From: Nitrosopumilaceae archaeon
GTDB lineage: Archaea > Thermoproteota > Nitrososphaeria > Nitrososphaerales > Nitrosopumilaceae
Assembly: GCA_965214835.1 (NCBI GenBank)
Contig: CBDCCK010000002.1
Location: forward strand, 3,136,001 to 3,200,000
Length of the DNA stretch: 64,000 nt
Reading direction: 5' to 3'
Shown here: positions 58,001 through 64,000 of the stretch, one piece after another
Layout: each line of letters opens with the position of its first letter
Numbering within the stretch: the first letter of the stretch is position 1
The notes under the pieces: model-generated
The model's input: the letters and a program-made list of their open reading frames with translations, nothing else
The model's database searches: none
Told to the model about the DNA's origin: nothing
Translations under genes and position numbers: made by a program

Positions 58001-60564
58001 GGCGCCGTGATCCAGGGCGGCGTGGTGTCCTGTATCGTAACAGTCTGGGTGGCAGTGGCCGTGTTGCCAAAGTCATCCGTGGCAGTCCACGTGACTGTGG
58101 TGTCGCCTATGGGAAACGACTCTGGTGCGTCGTTTGTTATCGCCGGGTCGGGATCCAGATTGTCGATGGCAGTGGCCTGCCCTATGGATACGGCAGTCAG
58201 CACGCCGGTGGCCTCGGCCGTGACGTCGGCGGGCGCGGTGATTACGGGGTCAGTCGTGTCCGAGGGTCCGCCTCCGTCACTTTCCATGACTGCAACATTG
58301 TCTATCTCGACGTGCTCGCTTGAGGAGCTGGACTTTGCCACGAACCTGATCTTTGCGGTGTCCTCCGTGATGTCCAGGGACAGGGACTCGCTGCTCCACG
58401 AGCCGCTGTCCTCGCGGTTGTTGTGGGTATAGCTTGCAAGATTGATCCAGTTGGTTCCATCTGCAGAGTACTCTACAAACAGGCCCTCCCCGGCATCGAC
58501 GCTGGAGTCAACGAACCTGTCAAAGGAGACGGTCAGCGCGTCCTGCGTGTCAAACGTCGAGGATGTCGTGGCGATGCAGTCAGTGTCGCAGTTGCTCGAT
58601 ATGAGCGCCTGGTTTGTCCGGCTGTTCTCGCCGGGCACGTCCTCGTCGGGGTCCCCGATCTCCCAGTCAGAGTCGCCGGACAGGTCCCACTTTGAGAGGT
58701 CCGACTCAAAGTCGTCTGCGAACTCCGTGACCGGGACGACGAGGTCGTATGGGAACTTGTCTATCCCGTGCGTGCTTGCCAGGGTGTACGGCTCGCCGAT
58801 GGCAGTCGTCAGCGTCCCGTCGGAGCTCACGGTGATGGTGTAGAATCCGGTCTCCGGCGCGTCAAACACGACGAACTCGTTGTTCTGGACGTCAGAGTCG
58901 CTCGTCCTTGTCACGCCGTTGGGAAACGTCACCGCCAGGTCATAGTTGTGGTACTGGCTTGGAAGCTGGATGTGGGGGCTGCCGATTGGAAGGGTGGGCG
59001 ACAGTACCGTGCCTCTCGGATGCACCAGCCAGGACAGCAGCACCTTTACCTGCTCGCCTGCGCCTGCGTAGATCCTGTACGAGTTTGCATCAAAGTCGCC
59101 TGAGCTTTGGTCGTACAGGACGTTCGGGTACTGGTTGTCGTTGGCATAGTCAAGTGATCTCGTTGCGTTGAGTATGCCAAAGCCGTACCGGTTCATGGTA
59201 TCGTATATCCCGGCCCTCCGGTTATCATAGTCTGCTGCCGTCGCCGGCGTGTCTGCCTGCCAGTCTGCGCCGAGCAGCAGTGCGGACTTTATCTCCAGAT
59301 GCCGGTAGTCCGGCTGCTTTTCTAGGATCAGGGCACTGGCGCCTGCCACAAAGGCGGTGGCAAAGCTCGTGCCGCTGTCTATTTCATAGTCACGGTTTAT
59401 CATATTTCTGCGATCTGCGGCCCGTGCAAGGTCAAGATCTACGCCGATTGCGGTTATCTCGGGCTTTATTCTGGGTGAGTCGCCGCCAGGGGTGTTGAAC
59501 TGGGCAGGTCCGGGAACGCTGTCACTCCACAGGATTCTGTCCTTGTCGACTGCACCTGCGCTGATGTAGTTAAAGCCGCATGCCAGCTTCTGTATGTGTG
59601 GCGGGGGAAACGCCGCCGTGTTATCTGGTTTGTTTCCGATGGCCATGGAAAAGCTCAAGCCCTCGTGTACCGCCCTGTCGGTGACAATGGTGAGGGCAGA
59701 ATAGTCGTTGCATCCATAACTTTCAGTATTTGCCAGTATTGAAAGTGCCACAGTGATATCGCTGGTCATCATCTCATCAAGTGCCCTGGCAAAGGTATTT
59801 TTTGCCACGGAACTCTCACCCACGTGAGTCACGCCAGCTAAGCGAGCGTCGTGTATCATGGAGTCTGGTGCCATCCCCGCCATTGCGGGGTTGGTGCTGT
59901 TGGATGCTATGACTGCGGAAGTCGAAGTGGCACGGTTGGTACCGGCCAGCAGTGAAGCATTAATGCATTGGAGTTGGGTGCATAGGAGCGAGGCAGCATT
60001 CTTGTTTTGCAGATCAGGGTGTGTAAAATCCGTGCCCGTACCAATCAGTCCAACGGTGATCTCCCTGCCAGTATACGGATACACGTCGGAGCCTACGTTG
60101 GTGGCGCCAACTACGGCCTTGGCCTGCGCCAGTGTCAGTGCCGGCGGTAGTCTTGACGGTGATGCCGACGATGTCATTTCCCCATGTCCGTCTCCAAGCT
60201 TGTAGACGTGATCATAGCCTGCCAGCTCCGCTATCCTGTTCACCGGGACGTCGGCGATGAGAAAGTCCAGGCTCTTTGACTTGAATATGTCCCGCGAGCC
60301 CATCTCCCTTAGCGTTTGCTCCAATCCGTCTTCGTATCCGTCATCTGTGACTATTATTACGGAATGTGCAGCCAGTGTTGCGTTGTCCGAACTGTCTGCC
60401 CTTCCATGCGATGTCATGTTCTGCATGTGCTGGATCTTTTCATAAAAGCCGTCATCGAACTTGTACAGGTTGTCTTGTACCTCACCTGACTCTGAGAATG
60501 ACAAAGCCGGAACGGAGAGCAAGACTGGCAGCAGGATGGCAAGACATGCGACTGCTTGGTTCAT
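55078..60564 (-). CDS. Giant secreted protein: S8 subtilase-like domain, 7 HYR-like repeats, two unassigned repeats, C-terminal LamG-like domain
   Basis: Signal peptide; THPDL, IKPEITAIG, SGTSFAT; DTTPPxITAP repeats; WHHIAFTY..LDELRVY. Confidence 0.88.
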   Translation of the reverse strand: MNQAVACLAILLPVLLSVPALSFSESGEVQDNLYKFDDGFYEKIQHMQNMTSHGRADSSDNATLAAHSVIIVTDDGYEDGLEQTLREMGSRDIFKSKSLDFLIADVPVNRIAELAGYDHVYKLGDGHGEMTSSASPSRLPPALTLAQAKAVVGATNVGSDVYPYTGREITVGLIGTGTDFTHPDLQNKNAASLLCTQLQCINASLLAGTNRATSTSAVIASNSTNPAMAGMAPDSMIHDARLAGVTHVGESSVAKNTFARALDEMMTSDITVALSILANTESYGCNDYSALTIVTDRAVHEGLSFSMAIGNKPDNTAAFPPPHIQKLACGFNYISAGAVDKDRILWSDSVPGPAQFNTPGGDSPRIKPEITAIGVDLDLARAADRRNMINRDYEIDSGTSFATAFVAGASALILEKQPDYRHLEIKSALLLGADWQADTPATAADYDNRRAGIYDTMNRYGFGILNATRSLDYANDNQYPNVLYDQSSGDFDANSYRIYAGAGEQVKVLLSWLVHPRGTVLSPTLPIGSPHIQLPSQYHNYDLAVTFPNGVTRTSDSDVQNNEFVVFDAPETGFYTITVSSDGTLTTAIGEPYTLASTHGIDKFPYDLVVPVTEFADDFESDLSKWDLSGDSDWEIGDPDEDVPGENSRTNQALISSNCDTDCIATTSSTFDTQDALTVSFDRFVDSSVDAGEGLFVEYSADGTNWINLASYTHNNREDSGSWSSESLSLDITEDTAKIRFVAKSSSSSEHVEIDNVAVMESDGGGPSDTTDPVITAPADVTAEATGVLTAVSIGQATAIDNLDPDPAITNDAPESFPIGDTTVTWTATDDFGNTATATQTVTIQDTTPPWITAPADRTAEATGVLTVTSIGQATAIDIADPDPTITNDAPASFSLGDTVITWTATDDSGNAATATQTVTVQDTTPPSITAPADHTAEATGVLTTISIGQATATDNLDPDPVITHDAPESFPLGDTIVTWTATDDFGNMATVTQTVTIQDTTLPSITAPLDVTTEASGVLTVTSIGQATATDNLDPDPAITNDAPESFPLGSTTVTWTATDDSGNAATDTQTVTIQDTTLPSITAPPDVTTEASGVLSIISIGQATATDTADPDPAITNDAPESFPLGDTIVTWTATDSSDNAATATQTVTIQDTTPPSITAPADHTAEAAGIMTILNAGDYGTPTVSDIADPSPTITNDAPESFPLGNTTVTWTAADSSGNEATAAQTVTIQDTTPPAISGLRNISVDDPAGRGMEVSYDAPTATDLVDGAVAVSCTHESGSTFAPGFTEVSCMATDGSANSLRDWFIIHVDASDAILDVSQTVSTGRSTWSVTGPDRIFAGQTFEYTVTLEDGARPREEALAVYSAAPDTRYLGWHDPDADCQTILCAGFPEQKHNTYKIASDEDSPYTAMHNKMKKSRSSHTILLQPAADAPAGAQATVGMLDASYNPVGGIPVTVMPPSTRTVTDGDTTWRITGPDRIFPGQTFEYTVTLDGTRHQHDALAIYSDSLTVDDFGGLADDSACGTTVCTDFPGQRRRTMELDNHAGSSYDVRYHTINAPGSQYTILLRIADDADAGGTFRVGLVDGDGSPMGGIRVTIADPVTVTAPYEELVAGLSFEGSLADITGDNNGTAAGGISYVEGRIGRGLQLDGSTNVTLAGEADFDFGRTDPFSIAFWLRQDAPVNGSTMIMSKAESFGHTGSYVWVWGGAPNRVLLSIHDNSTFINVHTPQHMNMSDGAWHHIAFTYDGSGAKEGLNAYIDGEHRDYDHFRRGQGLAGDTTNDHAFTVRTTSWGDPDRIDSVLDELRVYGAELSARQVRLLHAAGLG

Positions 60565-60956
60565 GCCTTAAGATTATCATGGTGTTTTATAAAAGACGTT
60601 TGCATGGGGCGCAGGTAATCGGCTGGGCCACCCCGGTTTTCAGCCATGCCCAAATCATCTTGCAACAAGATTCGTGCCTGCATGTTGCAACGACCTTGAC
60701 CTCTCACAGGTGCAGTCTTCCCAGATATGACTCACGGATGCACCGGAGGATGGTGTTCGGACAGCATGCTGGGCAGCGGTGAGGTCGGGATCGCACGGAT
60801 AAGTGATTGTCCAAGCTGGGCACCACACACATGACGTAGATCAAGGCGGCCAGGGCGAGCCGTTGCCTGCCGGGATAGCTGTGCATCCATAGTCTGCAGC
60901 GGCCGTGCAGGACAGCGTGTGCCGGCACGCCCACATGTGGCGTACCATGTGCCGGC

Positions 60957-62369
60957 TCACCTGCCGCTCTGGGACGGGTCGGACAGCCTTCCGATGAACA
61001 GTATGTTGCCCGTCTCCATGTCCTGTATGACAAAGACAAACGGGTGGTCTGCTGTAAACGTCGGAGGCCCTGACGAACTAGATGCTATTATAGTTGTGGC
61101 CCCGGCCTCCGTCCCCTTTTCGTTTACGTTTATGAACGCCTTGTGGACTGCGTCTGACACGTGCAGCCGCTCGTCCCCGGCGATGCCAGAAAGGTCGGCC
61201 CCCTCGCCAAAGATCGAGGTCACGCCCATCGCGGACAGGTCCTCTCTTAGATTGTACGAGATGTCAAGGCTGAATCTTGGAAAATAGACCTGCAGTATTT
61301 TATCTACAAGATCTCCCTTCCACTCCTCGAGGCTCTCGGCGCTCAGCATCCCCTCCAGCTCGCCTATCCCGCCCTTTTCGTTTGGCAGCAGTACTAGCAT
61401 GGAGATGCGGTCGCCCACGTACGGCATCTCAAGGATCTGGTGCGTGCCCACGTTTGCGTGCCTGTAGCCAACATCCTTTGTGTACATCATCGGAACCGTT
61501 ACCTTTTTGTCGGGGGTCGCCCAGAACGGGTAGTCCTCGATGGTACTGCCTCCGCCAAACGTGTTCACCCAGTCGCCCTTGAAGTATACTGTATTCGTTA
61601 TGACCAGCGGCGTTGCGGCGCCGACGGAGCCGGGCGCCATGACCTCTTTTATCCTGCCGCCGGTGTTATCTGACACCCACCCGTTAATCGTCTTGACCGC
61701 GTCACCGGACCCAAAGTCCACCATCTCCACGCCGCTGTCGTAGTATATCCTTGCGGTCTGCACGTACTCCTCTAGCGGCTCGAGCCATTCTGCAAGCCAC
61801 AGTGCGTTTGCAACCGACAGCCGGTACTCTGTGTCGGGCCTGTTCAGATCCACCATTGCCGAGCCAAACTGCAGGCGTTTTTCCTCCGGAAACCCGAACG
61901 CATCTGTGAGCTCGTCCCTCGTGTCGCCCCCCGCCCCCTCGTGTGCGAGTGCAAAGGCGCTGGAGATGCTCCACGGTGAGAATACGATGTTTTTGCCCTC
62001 CTGCCTGGCTACGTGTGAGTAAAAGTCGACTGCAAAGTCGTTGTTTGCTGACACGATCCCAGAATAGTCCGAAATCTCGACTGGCACCAGGCCGCCGGCC
62101 TGCAGCAGCAGGTGCGTGGACTCGGCGGTGCCGGCATCTGGTATAGTTACGGTCCACCCCATCCTTTCTGCAGTGTTATCCCTCACGCATACTGCGCCGC
62201 CGGTGTCGCGCACGACCAGCACGAGCCCCTCCCTGCACAGGACCCCGTCGGGAGAGACGCCGGCTGCAAGCTGCTTTAGCGGGGGCGGTGGCACCTCTGC
62301 GTGCGCGGTGGCAGCGGCAGCTGCTGCCAGAACGAGGAAAAGTCCTGTTACGGCAAGGCGCCTGATCAT
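60957..62369 (-). CDS. Secreted serpin
   Basis: NIVFSPWSI, INGWVSDNTGGRI, NTVYFKGDW, VNEKGTEAGA hinge, FTADHPF, ILFIGR. Confidence 0.95.
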   Translation of the reverse strand: MIRRLAVTGLFLVLAAAAAATAHAEVPPPPLKQLAAGVSPDGVLCREGLVLVVRDTGGAVCVRDNTAERMGWTVTIPDAGTAESTHLLLQAGGLVPVEISDYSGIVSANNDFAVDFYSHVARQEGKNIVFSPWSISSAFALAHEGAGGDTRDELTDAFGFPEEKRLQFGSAMVDLNRPDTEYRLSVANALWLAEWLEPLEEYVQTARIYYDSGVEMVDFGSGDAVKTINGWVSDNTGGRIKEVMAPGSVGAATPLVITNTVYFKGDWVNTFGGGSTIEDYPFWATPDKKVTVPMMYTKDVGYRHANVGTHQILEMPYVGDRISMLVLLPNEKGGIGELEGMLSAESLEEWKGDLVDKILQVYFPRFSLDISYNLREDLSAMGVTSIFGEGADLSGIAGDERLHVSDAVHKAFINVNEKGTEAGATTIIASSSSGPPTFTADHPFVFVIQDMETGNILFIGRLSDPSQSGR

Positions 62370-62413
62370 GGCAGGACTACGGACATGTTTCTAAAAAGGC
62401 TACCGCCGCGTGT

Positions 62414-63607
62414 GGGGTTGTCCAATTTTTTTCCGCAGGCTGCCAATTTGCCCCCGATATAGGCAGTCTCAGACGGCAATATAGAGCACTTGGCGGCCCC
62501 GGACGGCCAGAACGGCGCATACAGCAACGCAAATATCCATGCAGGCCATACCTTACGGTAGTGTTGCGGTCCAACAGTACGGGATTTGTGATGATTTACA
62601 CCGTAAGGTTGTAGCACAACACGCGAGCGAACAGCTCTACAGTGATGGTTCCGTCCAGCTTTGCACGCAGGACGGATCCAGCCCTTTCCTTCATTACCGA
62701 GAACAGGGACTCTGCCTGGCTCCTCTTGTGATAGGCCTGCCAGAACTCGTCTGGCCTGTCACGCAGCCACTGCAGCATCCTGGCCCGGGCGCCAAACCCG
62801 CGTGGCTTTTCATGCCCCTTTGCCGGCTTTATGACAGGTCCGCGGCCGCTCTTTGCAATCAGCTCGCAGTTTTTGTACGAGTCGTATGCCGAATCCAGCG
62901 CCACGATTCCGTATCCGCCCTTGGGGATGCGGCTCATCATGCGGGCAAACTCCGGCGAGTCCCCCGACGTGCCCGGCGTGGCCTCAAATGACAGTATCTT
63001 GCCCCCGATTGCAGCAATTGCGTGCAGTTTTGCAAAGTCGTGTCCGGTCACCTCCCCATGTTTTGCGTGGCTCCAGCTCTTGTACTTGCGGAGGCCGAAT
63101 CCCGTCGAGTCGCCGTGCAGGTCCGCTATGCGCTCGCCTTCGGACATGGCCAGTACGACCTCGTCCATAAAGTCCTTGCCCATTCTCCAGAGCATGGTCA
63201 TCCTGTTGTGCAGCGTCGACTTGGAGAGCGTACGACTCAGGCCGCATCTCCTGAGATCGTCCGGGTTTGACTCCAGGTGCGTGACCATCCTCCTGTAGGA
63301 CAGGCGATTCTCGATTCTGAGGATCGCAATGCGTATGGCAGACCACGCAAGGCCGGCATCGATTCCCGTTTCGGCGGCCATCTTCTTGGCCACCCTGCGT
63401 ACGATCTTTCCCAGGTTCCTCCTTGTCCTCTTCTTGCGGGAGCTCTCCTGCCTGCGCTTTTGCTCGTAAAGGCGGTTATAGTCCGTGTCCTTCCTGTTGT
63501 TGCTCATTGGGATATCCAGGATCGGCAGATCAAAATCATTTTCGGCGCCGTGCGCTCATGATCTATAAGCTTGTCGGTCGTTTTGCGGAAATTTTTTGGA
63601 CAACCCC
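62414..63607 (-). mobile_element. IS5-family insertion sequence
   Basis: Imperfect 24-bp TIRs ggggttgtccaatttttttccgca / tgcggaaattttttggacaacccc; no TSD visible. Confidence 0.85.
62596..63507 (-). CDS. IS5-family DDE transposase
   Basis: GDSTGF, KLHA, LDSAYDS, YHKRSQAESLFSVMK. Confidence 0.9.
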   Translation of the reverse strand: MSNNRKDTDYNRLYEQKRRQESSRKKRTRRNLGKIVRRVAKKMAAETGIDAGLAWSAIRIAILRIENRLSYRRMVTHLESNPDDLRRCGLSRTLSKSTLHNRMTMLWRMGKDFMDEVVLAMSEGERIADLHGDSTGFGLRKYKSWSHAKHGEVTGHDFAKLHAIAAIGGKILSFEATPGTSGDSPEFARMMSRIPKGGYGIVALDSAYDSYKNCELIAKSGRGPVIKPAKGHEKPRGFGARARMLQWLRDRPDEFWQAYHKRSQAESLFSVMKERAGSVLRAKLDGTITVELFARVLCYNLTV

Positions 63608-63625
63608 GATTACGCATAAAGTCTA
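63608..63625. repeat. Solo right end of family-C MITE
   Basis: gattacgcataaagtcta, identical to 26223-26240. Confidence 0.8.
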
Positions 63626-64000
63626 ATATTCTCAAATGATCTGATGATAACCAAAGAATGATTAAAAATATCATGAATCTTGAGGGGCAAAAAGTTCAAA
63701 AGATTCCGAGACGTGTAGTACATCGTGACAGGATAGAAAGGGAAATAGCCAATACCCTCAGATTTTGTAAACTCCGTGTTTTCATGGTCATTTGACTCCT
63801 GTCATGATTCTTGACATTCCTCCGTACATGATATTATGATTTTAAAATTGGTTATCTGTGGTTAATGATAGCCCGTGGATGGTTGGTTTTATCTCGTCGG
63901 CTTAGCTATGGTATGGAGTCTGAGGAAGTTCTTCATTCAGGTAGGACTCAAGGGGCTGGGACGGCTCTGACGTCCCAGAAGGTTGTCGGGGGTCAAGGGC

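Noticed and set aside
56630-58260. Diversity-generating or recombination cassette in ~234-bp repeats
   Set aside because: Ordinary in-frame HYR-like repeats; no reverse transcriptase or separate template repeat in the window
63626-64000. AT-rich ORF fragments at the right edge
   Set aside because: Short, interrupted frames with no recognisable motif

Overview
Chromosomal segment of an ammonia-oxidising archaeon (Nitrosopumilaceae/Thaumarchaeota), inferred from class I LysRS, Elp3, PAC2, Dph5, L31e/L39e, a LysW-type Arg/Lys cluster, split MetH, thaumarchaeal NirK and a divergent FtsZ. Fairly high GC, many IS/MITEs, a serpin and a giant subtilase/HYR/LamG surface protein suggest a sponge- or invertebrate-associated lineage (inference). 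Core genes are interrupted by IS481, IS5, IS3 and IS66 elements or remnants and at least six MITE families, several nested. Most notable: (1) a decayed virus-type gene (WDESKH motif) whose 3' ADP-ribosyltransferase-like domain is intact, is cut off and given a new in-frame ATG by a MITE, and is coupled to a small immunity-like ORF; (2) a composite transposon built from two MITEs that carried a toxin-antitoxin pair into an older MITE; (3) a second LysW ending EDWGQ instead of EDWGE, in a cluster lacking argH; (4) L31e with 13.5 perfect 15-aa repeats; (5) a HemA paralogue and a subtilase with substituted catalytic residues. All calls come from reading motifs by eye; no database searches were run.
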